The notes under the pieces: generated by a model
What the model was told of the DNA's origin: nothing
Seen by the model: only the letters and a program-made list of their open reading frames with translations
Database searches by the model: none
DNA from: Candidatus Rariloculaceae bacterium
GTDB lineage: Bacteria; Pseudomonadota; Gammaproteobacteria; Steroidobacterales; Rariloculaceae
DNA: 64,000 bases
Direction: 5' to 3'
Assembly (NCBI GenBank): GCA_965221035.1
Contig: OZ244860.1
Coordinates: forward strand, 928,687-992,686
Position numbers and translations under genes: made by a program
Shown: positions 38,283 through 46,822 of the stretch, piece after piece
Position numbering within the stretch: the stretch's first letter is position 1
Layout of the letters: every line of letters begins with the position of its first letter

Positions 38283-39790
38283 GGTCTTGCTCCGTCTGTT
38301 TCGAATAGTGGTGCCATGCCCGCCACCGCGCGCCGGTAGGCCGCGTAGCCGTCATCGTAGCGATCGGTCGTGGCTTCATCGGGCACGCAGGCGAGATCCG
38401 GCCGCTGCACGATGTGCTCGCGGGTTACGTCGCCGATCCCTCGCCCGGAATCATCCTGGCGTTCCAGTACCCACAGGGCATGCAGCGCGGCACCGAACGA
38501 GGCACCTTCGTCCTGCGCGAGCCGTGCCACCGGCAGCCGGCAGACATCGGCCACGATCTGGCGCCAGGTTCGACTGTTGGCGCCGCCTCCGGTCAGCACA
38601 ATTTCCGAAGACTCGATGCCCAACCGGCGCAGTTCGTCGAGTCCGAAGCGCAGCCCGTAGGTCGCACCTTCGACAGTCGCCCGCAACAGGTGCCCTTTCT
38701 CACAGTTTTCCGGGTTTAGCCCCAACACGCTCGCGCTGGCGCGCGGCAGGTTTGGTGTACGCTCGCCGGTAAAGAACGGCAGGACGATCAGACCGCCGGA
38801 ACCAGCCGGCACGGCGTCGATGGCTGCGTCGAAACCGGCATTGTCGATGGCAAGTGGCTGTTTCATCAACTCGGTGGCGAGCGTGCAGTTCATCGTGCAA
38901 AGGAGAGGCAGCCATCCGCCGGTGGAACTGCAAAACGCCGCGATATTGCCTTGCGGGTCGACAATCGGTCGATCTGCATAAGCAAACAGCGTTCCGGACG
39001 TGCCAAGGCTCATCGTCAGCGGGCCCGGCACGACGTTACCGGTGCCGATCGCTGCCATCATGTTGTCGCCGCCACCCGGTGCCACCGGGATGCCGGCCGT
39101 CAGGCCGAACTGTTGTGAGAACGAAGCCGTGGTATGCCCGATGACTTCCCCGGGTTCAACCAGTTCCGGCAGGCAGTTGGCCAGGTCCCGCGACGGCTCG
39201 ACCGCCCGCAGCAGCTCGCGGCTCCAGCGACGATTCCGCACGTCCAGCAACGCCGTGCCCGATGCGTCACCGTACTCCATCACCGCTCGGCCCGTCATGA
39301 GGTAGTTCAGGTAGTCGTGCGGCAGCAGCACCTGCGCCATTTTTTGGTACTTGCGCGGATGATGTTTCCGCAGCCAGCGAATCTTCGGGGCAGTGTAGCC
39401 GGTCAGTACGGGGTTTCCGGCGAGTTCGATGCAGCGCTCACGGCCGCCGCAATCCTCCATGATCTCGTCCGCTTCCTGCTGCGTCGATGTATCGCACCAC
39501 AGCTTTACCGCGTGCAGGACCTCGCCATTGCCATCCATCGGAACGAAACCATGCTGCTGCCCGGAAACCGCGACCGCACGCGCCGACATGCGAACGCTTG
39601 CGCTGACCTGCCGCAGTGCCTTTTTCAATGCCACCAGCCACCAGCTCGCCTCCTGTTCGGCCCGGCCGGTTGTATCACGCATCACTTCTAGCGGCGCGGA
39701 TGCCGAGGCGACGACTTCGCGAGCCTTGTAGTCATAGAAGACCACTTTCAGGCCCTGTGTGCCGAGATCTATGCCGAGTGTCGTGTCCAT
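38279..39790 (-). CDS. xylB: xylulokinase (FGGY family)
   Basis: 503 aa. Contains [19 protein letters not shown] and GGGANS. Overlaps xylA by 4 nt. Confidence 0.92.
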   Translation of the reverse strand: MDTTLGIDLGTQGLKVVFYDYKAREVVASASAPLEVMRDTTGRAEQEASWWLVALKKALRQVSASVRMSARAVAVSGQQHGFVPMDGNGEVLHAVKLWCDTSTQQEADEIMEDCGGRERCIELAGNPVLTGYTAPKIRWLRKHHPRKYQKMAQVLLPHDYLNYLMTGRAVMEYGDASGTALLDVRNRRWSRELLRAVEPSRDLANCLPELVEPGEVIGHTTASFSQQFGLTAGIPVAPGGGDNMMAAIGTGNVVPGPLTMSLGTSGTLFAYADRPIVDPQGNIAAFCSSTGGWLPLLCTMNCTLATELMKQPLAIDNAGFDAAIDAVPAGSGGLIVLPFFTGERTPNLPRASASVLGLNPENCEKGHLLRATVEGATYGLRFGLDELRRLGIESSEIVLTGGGANSRTWRQIVADVCRLPVARLAQDEGASFGAALHALWVLERQDDSGRGIGDVTREHIVQRPDLACVPDEATTDRYDDGYAAYRRAVAGMAPLFETDGARP

Positions 39791-39869
39791 CGTTTCGCGA
39801 GGGATAGGGGCGACCGGCCGGCCACGCCGCGACAGCCGGTACGGATTCGCCGACTCGAATTATGGGTAA

Positions 39870-39906
39870 GGGCTATTGTTGGCAGTCGCACAAGAATAAC
39901 AATAGC
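39870..39906 (-). terminator. 10-bp inverted repeat hairpin just past the ThuA-DUF1080 stop, at the composition boundary
   Basis: GGCTATTGTT (39870-39879) pairs with AACAATAGCC (39897-39906) across a 17-nt loop. No clear U-tract follows, so a terminator function is uncertain. Confidence 0.35.
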
Positions 39907-39922
39907 CGAATATAGCCTTGCT

Positions 39923-41401
39923 CTACTTGTTATCCGGCAATAGGCGAATCATCGGGTTCCGAAAGTAGACACGGCTGTCGGGGCCTACGGACTCCAGCCC
40001 GATCGTGCCCCGGTGGAGTCTGGCCGGTCCACCTACACTTGCAGGCTCGGTGAATTCGTTGACCGTCTCATCATTCACCTTGACCGTTACGTTCCTGCCG
40101 TCCACCTTGATGTAGTAGCTGAACCATTCGTTATCGCCGTGTGGGGCGGTCTCCACCTCGCTAGCCCCAATCAGGCTGCCGGTCTTGCTCTCACCGGCCC
40201 GGCTGGCGTTTATCTGAGCTTCATAACCAAAGGTAGGAGGTCCCTCTTCCTTGTAACGGGTATGAAAATAGATCCCTGAAGCTGACCCAGGGTAGGTATA
40301 GACGTCCACCTTGAATTCAAAATTCCTGAAATCACCACCGTCAATGGGCCCTGCATAGAACAGGGAGCTCTGCGGACCCTCCACAACAATGGCATTTGAA
40401 TGCACTTCATTGGGGACAAGTTGAAAGGCTACGGTACCCATGTTCATTCTTGTGGGCCAGACATCCACTCCTTCAAACCACTCCATTTGAGCGTAATTCG
40501 TTGTCTCGGTGTCACGCCAGCCGTTCAGGGTCCCACCATCCCGCAGGGAGTTCCATCCCAACCCCCGTTCCCCGGAATAACCTTCCGACGGGTGCCCATT
40601 GTCGTCAAGCTTGCCGGCTGCCCACAGCAGGCCGGCCGCCACCATATTCAAATTCACGTCCGCGCCCATGGTTGGAGTGTGGTGACCCAGCGTGCTGGCA
40701 AACACCCGCACCCCTTCGTATTCGTGCGTCCAGGCTATGGGGAAAAATTCAGCGGCCTCCGTGCTGTAGGCACGTGCCAGCGGCGTGGCGTTGTCCTTCA
40801 ACTCGATCGGCATGTACAGTTCTCCCTCGGGAGTCCGCCAGGTCCCGGGGAAATTGACCATGATCGGATGATTCGGTTCGAGCACTTCTATGGTAAACGG
40901 GAGCCGCTCGACTTCGTGCTGATAGGAGACGGCTCCTGTAAAGTCGTACCATGCCGTGGTAGTCGTCCGATGCAAGTGCATCGGGCAGTGCAACAGTACG
41001 GCTGGTACCTGGTACTCGGCATGGGCGTTCATGATCTGCTCAACATGTTCAGCATCGCCCATATCAAGATTACAGTTATTGTATAACACCAGATCGAACT
41101 GCCGCGCCCACTCATCGTTTAACAGGCTTTCGTGCTTGAAATTCATATCCTGTTTACTTTCACCTTCGTTATGGTCAATGGTAAACACGATATTTCCGAT
41201 GCGATCGGTCAGCCCCTCCTCCAGCTGTCTCTTTTGGGTATAGTAGTCGTGGAAAGGCCCCCCACCGGTAATCATGAGTACTTCGATTGGATCGTCACTC
41301 TGCGAGGCGGCGATACCATGATGGGCCACAAACCCTACAGAAAGCAGTGCCACCATAATTGCACGAGCTGTGTCTTTCTCCATATGCGCGAACTTGTTCA
41401 T
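39923..41401 (-). CDS. secreted ThuA-like domain / DUF1080 (3-keto-disaccharide hydrolase-like) fusion protein
   Basis: ATG at 41401 with GAGGAGG 8 nt upstream, and a signal peptide. The ThuA-like N-terminal half shows VLMITGGGPFHDY..PAVLLHCPMH..HPIM. The DUF1080-like C-terminal half shows NFEFKVDVYTYPGSASGIYFHTRY..NEWFSYYIKVDGRNVTVKVN..GTIGLE. Confidence 0.85.
   Translation of the reverse strand: MNKFAHMEKDTARAIMVALLSVGFVAHHGIAASQSDDPIEVLMITGGGPFHDYYTQKRQLEEGLTDRIGNIVFTIDHNEGESKQDMNFKHESLLNDEWARQFDLVLYNNCNLDMGDAEHVEQIMNAHAEYQVPAVLLHCPMHLHRTTTTAWYDFTGAVSYQHEVERLPFTIEVLEPNHPIMVNFPGTWRTPEGELYMPIELKDNATPLARAYSTEAAEFFPIAWTHEYEGVRVFASTLGHHTPTMGADVNLNMVAAGLLWAAGKLDDNGHPSEGYSGERGLGWNSLRDGGTLNGWRDTETTNYAQMEWFEGVDVWPTRMNMGTVAFQLVPNEVHSNAIVVEGPQSSLFYAGPIDGGDFRNFEFKVDVYTYPGSASGIYFHTRYKEEGPPTFGYEAQINASRAGESKTGSLIGASEVETAPHGDNEWFSYYIKVDGRNVTVKVNDETVNEFTEPASVGGPARLHRGTIGLESVGPDSRVYFRNPMIRLLPDNK
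39932..40153. repeat. left arm of inverted repeat (3' end of ThuA-DUF1080 paralogue)
   Basis: The reverse complement aligns without gaps to 53531-53752, with 202/222 identical by hand count. Similarity continues at lower identity for at least ~150 nt further into both genes. Confidence 0.85.
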
Positions 41402-41556
41402 TACAGAACCTCCTCGAACCATGGTTCGTTCCTTACCTCTGAAGCCAGCTCACCCACATGTTCAAACCATTGCACCGCAGTGTAGACAATGGTCCCGAAC
41501 TTCTGAGCACGGATCCGGATCATGAGGGGCCTAATATTCTGAAATACCGCTCATCA

Positions 41557-43812
41557 TTATTGGACCATCCCTTCTGGCAGGGCAAACGCATGAACCCTCC
41601 TTCCAATATCCTGTGTTACAGGCGAACGAAAACGACCGCCGCCGCCGCCTGCCACTATCACAACATATTGTCTGCCATCAATCTCGTAAGTGGAGGGAGT
41701 TGAAAAGCCTGGTGAATCCATCTCAAATTCCCACAATAGCTCACCGTTGGTTTTGTCAAATGCTCTGAACCGGTTATCTTCTGTTGCAGCGATAAAGATC
41801 AACCCACCGCTTGTAACAGCCATCCCGCCGAAGTTTTCAGCGCCCGTCTGTCGAATACCCATTTCCACCAACCCGGGGTATTCTCCGAGTGGGACCGACC
41901 ATTTTATTTCACCCATCGCTACATCAACCGCTACGAGTTTTCCCCAAGGTGGCTTAATTGCATGGTAGCCCATATGGTCAGTGAAATAGTCCAATTGAGG
42001 TATGTACTGCGGTGTTGACGTGGACCACTGTAATTCGCCCTCGCCTCCACTCCATGTCAAACCTTCGTTACTTAAATCGATATCGGACGTAGACGTTGTT
42101 TCACCAGGTTCACTTTCAAGATAGGCTACGATTCTGTCCAATTCCTCTTCCCCATAGGAAGGAAAGGCGGGCATCGCATTGACACCATTTGAAATGACAT
42201 CTCTCAGTTCTTCAGAGCTGAGAGATGAATTATCAAGAGCGACAGCTACCCCTCCCTCTCGTTCAGCACCATGACAAAACGCACAATCTGCCATGTATAT
42301 TGTCCTGCCTTGGTCCGTCACACCCGCGACCTGATCAGGTGGAATGAGATCCAGCGTCAGTATAAATGGGAAGTCATTCACGTTTACATAGGCTATATTT
42401 GTTTCCGGATCAAATGCCGGACCACCCCATTCATTTCCTCCGTGAATTCCGGGTTGTACGATAGTACCTTCAAGACTAGGAGGCGTGTACATCGGTCCGG
42501 CTCTCAGTGTCTTGAATTTCTCCAATGCGGATTGATGAGACTCCGGTGTAATAGTGGTCAAGTCAGATTCATAAAATGACGTTCGTACCAGCGGATCAGG
42601 TTTTAAAGGCCATGGTTGAGTCGGATAGGCAACCTCACCGGGTGCCGCCTCTGTCGGTACCGGCTTCTCTACAATGGGGAACAGAGACTCTCCGGTATCT
42701 CGGTCAAATACAAATACCTTTCCCTGTTTCCCTGTTTGCACGACCACATCTCTTTGTTCGCCATTTTGCGTAATGGTAGCCAACATTGGTGCAGGAGCTA
42801 TATCATAATCCCAGATATCGTGGTGCATCGTTTGAAAATGCCATTGCAATTCTCCAGTCTCTGCATCAATGGCCAAAACGGAGTTCGAAAAGAGGTTTTC
42901 ACCGGGCCTCGCGCCACCACCACCATGAATTCCACCAGTGGCCGAACCTGTAGCGGCAAATACCCAGCCTCTTACCTCATCAACGGTAAACCCACCCCAG
43001 GAGTTGGCGCCACCGTAAATCATGTTGTCTTCCCAGTCCCACGTCTCATATCCTTGCTGCCCCTCCAAGGGAATGGTGTGGAAACGCCATTCGAACTCCC
43101 CTGTCATTGTGTTGAAGGATCTGATGTTACCAGGGGGTTCTTCCCTGCCCTCCGAAACATTTGAATCCAAAATCAGGTGGTCATCATAGACCACGGGAGG
43201 TGAGGTGTTTGTTATCTTGTCAACCAGCAAGTGAGCAGGCCATACATGGTTCTCCTTAAGGTCAATGTACCCGCCGTTACCAAACGACTCGATAAGAGAA
43301 CCGTCATCTGGGTTAACTGCCCACACAAGATCCCTTGTAAGGTGGAAGATTCTCGAGTTGTTGCCTTCCTCATCTTCCCAATACACCGCCCCCCTCATAA
43401 TTCCAGTGGAGAGACCATCTCCTCTTGAATGGTGTTCAGACGGATCGAACAGCCAGAGTTCTTCTCCAGTTGCCGCATCCAAGGCAACAAGATTCAATTC
43501 TGAATCAGCAAAATACATCACTCCATTTATGATGATTGGGTTGGATGACATCCCCGGCCGTACAAGATTCCTTGTATCATAAGTCCATACTTCTTCCAGC
43601 AACTGAACATTTTCAGTTGTAATCTGGCTCAGCGATGAGTATCCCGTTCCTTCCTGGTCACCACGATATGTAGCCCAATCGACAAAATTATTCAGTCTGC
43701 TTTTTTGACCAGAGGATTCGGTTTGGGCCGATGTGACGCCATTCAGGCAACCGAATGCCATCAGGACAGAAAGGAGGGTCAGGGAAGAAGACAAATGGGA
43801 TTGTTTTTTCAT
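41557..43812 (-). CDS. PQQ-dependent dehydrogenase (quinoprotein beta-propeller) with internal cytochrome c domain
   Basis: 751 aa. Signal peptide MKKQSHLSSSLTLLSVLMAFG. Propeller motifs typical of quinoprotein glucose/alcohol dehydrogenases are present (WATYRGDQEGTGYS, NPIIINGVMYF). The CAFCH motif is encoded at 42271-42285, followed by ..NAMPAFP. Confidence 0.85.
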   Translation of the reverse strand: MKKQSHLSSSLTLLSVLMAFGCLNGVTSAQTESSGQKSRLNNFVDWATYRGDQEGTGYSSLSQITTENVQLLEEVWTYDTRNLVRPGMSSNPIIINGVMYFADSELNLVALDAATGEELWLFDPSEHHSRGDGLSTGIMRGAVYWEDEEGNNSRIFHLTRDLVWAVNPDDGSLIESFGNGGYIDLKENHVWPAHLLVDKITNTSPPVVYDDHLILDSNVSEGREEPPGNIRSFNTMTGEFEWRFHTIPLEGQQGYETWDWEDNMIYGGANSWGGFTVDEVRGWVFAATGSATGGIHGGGGARPGENLFSNSVLAIDAETGELQWHFQTMHHDIWDYDIAPAPMLATITQNGEQRDVVVQTGKQGKVFVFDRDTGESLFPIVEKPVPTEAAPGEVAYPTQPWPLKPDPLVRTSFYESDLTTITPESHQSALEKFKTLRAGPMYTPPSLEGTIVQPGIHGGNEWGGPAFDPETNIAYVNVNDFPFILTLDLIPPDQVAGVTDQGRTIYMADCAFCHGAEREGGVAVALDNSSLSSEELRDVISNGVNAMPAFPSYGEEELDRIVAYLESEPGETTSTSDIDLSNEGLTWSGGEGELQWSTSTPQYIPQLDYFTDHMGYHAIKPPWGKLVAVDVAMGEIKWSVPLGEYPGLVEMGIRQTGAENFGGMAVTSGGLIFIAATEDNRFRAFDKTNGELLWEFEMDSPGFSTPSTYEIDGRQYVVIVAGGGGGRFRSPVTQDIGRRVHAFALPEGMVQ

Positions 43813-43863
43813 CAGTTCGTGGCCTCGTTCCGTTATGCTCGAATAACAGATAATTCCAAATTT

Positions 43864-44988
43864 CTATGTTTCTGACAATGTGAAGTCAGGAAGTCTTTTT
43901 ATGACTCCACCTTCCATGGCTGACTCATGTGCCAACAAGCCAACACATGTCCAGTTTGCCGATTGGACCGCATTGGGGTAAGGATCGCGATCGTTGACAA
44001 TGGAGTCGACAAACTCATTTACCAAGTGTGGATGAGAGCCTCCGTGGCCGGCCCCCTGGATGAATGACAGGTGTGCATGCTCATCTGCATCATACACCCC
44101 TTCTTGCGTAAACTCGCGGATCTCTTCCGGTAACAGATGTCCATAATCCGGTACCTTGACGCGTTCGGGTATTTCCGGCTCGGGTTTCTTTGCCGTATGA
44201 AGAACCGGGTCCTCCCCTTCAACAAGCGGCCATTCAAAGGACTTCCTGGATCCGTAGACGTCGAAGCTTTCTCGATACTGACGCGCCGTATCAAACAACG
44301 AACGATATATATGAGCGGTCAAGTCAGAATTCCTTAACTTGATATGGCATGTTTCCACCGCAAATGGGGAACCCGACTTTTCGGCAAGGTCATTACTGAT
44401 TGTTCCCGAACCGAAACACGACACGTATTCTGCCTCCTTGTCAGTAAGCGCAAGAACGGGACTGACGACATGAGTCGCGTAGTGCATGGGTTTCATATAT
44501 TGCCAATAGTCAGGCCAGCCCTCCATGTCCTGGGGATGGCTGGCCTGCAGATATTGAATCTTCCCCAATTCCCCTTTTTCGTAAAGCTCCTTTACAAACA
44601 GATATTCGCGGCTGTAAACAACCGTCTCTGCCATCGTGTACTTCAATCCCGTCTCTGTGACCGTTTCCACAATTTCCTGACAATCCTCAATGCTTGTTGC
44701 CATGGGTACCGTACAGGAAACATGTTTGCCCGCACGCAGAGCCATCAACGTGTGTTCCGCATGGAGCTGAATGGGCGTATTGATATGAACAGCATCTATC
44801 TTCGTATCTTCCAGTAGCTGCTCATACGAGCCATACCGATGACTCGGTTCGATATTGAAAGCATTCCCCACTTCATTAAGAGCTTGGTCCGAACGTTGGC
44901 AGATTGCATACATATTCGCATGAGGGTGCTTTTGGTAAATCGGAATGAACTCCGCTCCAAACCCCAATCCTACAATTGCAATATTCAC
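43864..44988 (-). CDS. Gfo/Idh/MocA-family oxidoreductase
   Basis: 374 aa. The Rossmann N-terminus is MNIAIVGLGFGAEFIPIY. The GTG start overlaps the upstream MFS stop (TAGTG). Confidence 0.9.
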   Translation of the reverse strand: MNIAIVGLGFGAEFIPIYQKHPHANMYAICQRSDQALNEVGNAFNIEPSHRYGSYEQLLEDTKIDAVHINTPIQLHAEHTLMALRAGKHVSCTVPMATSIEDCQEIVETVTETGLKYTMAETVVYSREYLFVKELYEKGELGKIQYLQASHPQDMEGWPDYWQYMKPMHYATHVVSPVLALTDKEAEYVSCFGSGTISNDLAEKSGSPFAVETCHIKLRNSDLTAHIYRSLFDTARQYRESFDVYGSRKSFEWPLVEGEDPVLHTAKKPEPEIPERVKVPDYGHLLPEEIREFTQEGVYDADEHAHLSFIQGAGHGGSHPHLVNEFVDSIVNDRDPYPNAVQSANWTCVGLLAHESAMEGGVIKRLPDFTLSET

Positions 44989-46559
44989 TATACGGCCCGC
45001 CTTCGTTCCAGGTGCTCTACTCTATACCCACCCTTACGATAATCCCTGATAAACCACACTATAAATATAAATCCTACTGCAATTGGTATCGGCGATATCC
45101 ATCGAAATGCCATACGCCCTCCATAGTTGTCCGCAGGTCGCAATGTCGCGGAAGCCTGCTGAATAAGCTGTGCTTCCTGAGGCATACCGGAATTTATCAA
45201 AGCCCGAAGCGCATTCCCTGTTGCGGCCCCTTGAAACTGGTCATTTTGACGATAGTAATCAAGAGCGCTCTCTGTTCTTTCCAAGATATTTTGAATATCG
45301 GCTTCCCGATACCCCAATTGCGCAACCGCCTCCGGATCACCCCTCGCTTGACGCGCGGCATCCAGATACTCCGGGAACTGCTGTTCCACTTCCTCCAGTA
45401 TTTGAACCGTAGATTGTTCGTCCAACGCATTGGGAAGGTACCCATCAGCAACCACTCCCATGATGGCATTGGTAATTCCTCCCCCCACAAATCCCATTCC
45501 GATCAACAACACGATACCCAGCGACCCTGACTTGGGGAAGCGCTCACTCATCAACCCAATCATGTTAGGCACAAAGAAAGCGATGCCGATGGCAAAAAAG
45601 GCACCGGCAATCATCAACGTGAGAATGTTTGTTTCTACATAGCTGAACAGCAAAAGGCTGATGAAGGTCAAAAAGGACCCTCCCAAAAGCATTCCTGTGG
45701 GAGAGAATTTCTCTACAAAGGGCTCAGCATACATTCTCAAGACAAACATCAATCCACTAATCCAGACCAACACCAACATACCATGTAGTCCGGCCGCCTG
45801 AAGCACATCGGGTATCCAGCGCATGGGCCCCATCTCCATACCAAGCGTGAACACCATCAGCGCAATGAGACCCAGTACCTTGGGGCTGGTAAAGGTATAG
45901 TGAAACATCTCTCTGACAGGAACACCTGCTTCCGCGATTTCTGTTTTTGGGAATTTTCTTGGAAAAAGCAACCATCCATAAATGAGTATGGGAATATATA
46001 CAATTGCTATTTGCGCGGTCCAATGGCCAATATTGATGGATCCTATCGACCCAATCTGGGACATTCCCCAACCAATTAATCCCCCAAGGACAAGCCCCCC
46101 CATGTAAAACCCATGGAAGTGATTCAATTTTGTCGTTTTGTTGTCCGGGTACAGGGCGGCGGTCAATGGATTGCCGGCAACCTCAATCATTCCATTACCG
46201 AACCCCATTCCAATGGCTCCCAGGAATAGAATCCAGAATGCAACAGGATCTCCGGCAAAAAAGTAACCGATCAGAAACAGGGTCACACCGGAAAGGTGCC
46301 CCACAAAAGCACCTACCGTCGCTTTTTTCAAGCCGATTTTTTCCAGAAAGGGGCCAATCGTCAACAGGGAAACGGACATCCCCCAGAGTGCCGCTCCACC
46401 AATGTACCCAACATTCGCATTGGTAAGGATGAATTCGGTCTTGAGCTGGTTCAGAATATTGCTTACCAGAATAAAGGAGAACGCGGTTGGCAGCAAAGCC
46501 ATGCAGATACCCAAAAACAATTTATCCCGGTCAACATTCGTTGTAGATTCCGCATGCAT
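44988..46559 (-). CDS. MFS-type transporter with ~150-aa C-terminal soluble extension and extra terminal TM helix
   Basis: 523 aa with about 12 hydrophobic helices. A hydrophilic segment follows (LDEQSTVQILEEVEQQFPEYLDAARQARGD..), then a final helix ISPIPIAVGFIFIVWFI. Confidence 0.78.
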   Translation of the reverse strand: MHAESTTNVDRDKLFLGICMALLPTAFSFILVSNILNQLKTEFILTNANVGYIGGAALWGMSVSLLTIGPFLEKIGLKKATVGAFVGHLSGVTLFLIGYFFAGDPVAFWILFLGAIGMGFGNGMIEVAGNPLTAALYPDNKTTKLNHFHGFYMGGLVLGGLIGWGMSQIGSIGSINIGHWTAQIAIVYIPILIYGWLLFPRKFPKTEIAEAGVPVREMFHYTFTSPKVLGLIALMVFTLGMEMGPMRWIPDVLQAAGLHGMLVLVWISGLMFVLRMYAEPFVEKFSPTGMLLGGSFLTFISLLLFSYVETNILTLMIAGAFFAIGIAFFVPNMIGLMSERFPKSGSLGIVLLIGMGFVGGGITNAIMGVVADGYLPNALDEQSTVQILEEVEQQFPEYLDAARQARGDPEAVAQLGYREADIQNILERTESALDYYRQNDQFQGAATGNALRALINSGMPQEAQLIQQASATLRPADNYGGRMAFRWISPIPIAVGFIFIVWFIRDYRKGGYRVEHLERRRAV

Positions 46560-46757
46560 AGATTCTTTCCTTTTGATCTTGCGGGAAACAGGAGAGGAAG
46601 CATCAATTCAGATTGGCGCCTGATCGTCGACAAAAGCGAAGAATTGATTGAGCGTCGCCTTCCAACCGCGAATCGACTGGTGGTTCACTCGCGCTCCAGC
46701 GCCATAATTTGCGCTTCTCCATCGGCCATCAAGCGCTCGTCCCCTCAAAACGAGAGC

Positions 46758-46784
46758 ACCCACCGACATGAAATGCCGGTGGGT
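46758..46784 (-). terminator. candidate stem-loop downstream of TBDR gene
   Basis: ACCCACCG (46758-46765) pairs with CGGTGGGT (46777-46784). On the minus strand a TTTT run follows about 7 nt later. It lies ~40 nt past the TBDR stop. Confidence 0.35.
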
Positions 46785-46822
46785 ACCCAAGTACCTGCGC
46801 CTGCTTCTGGTCTCGCCGACTG

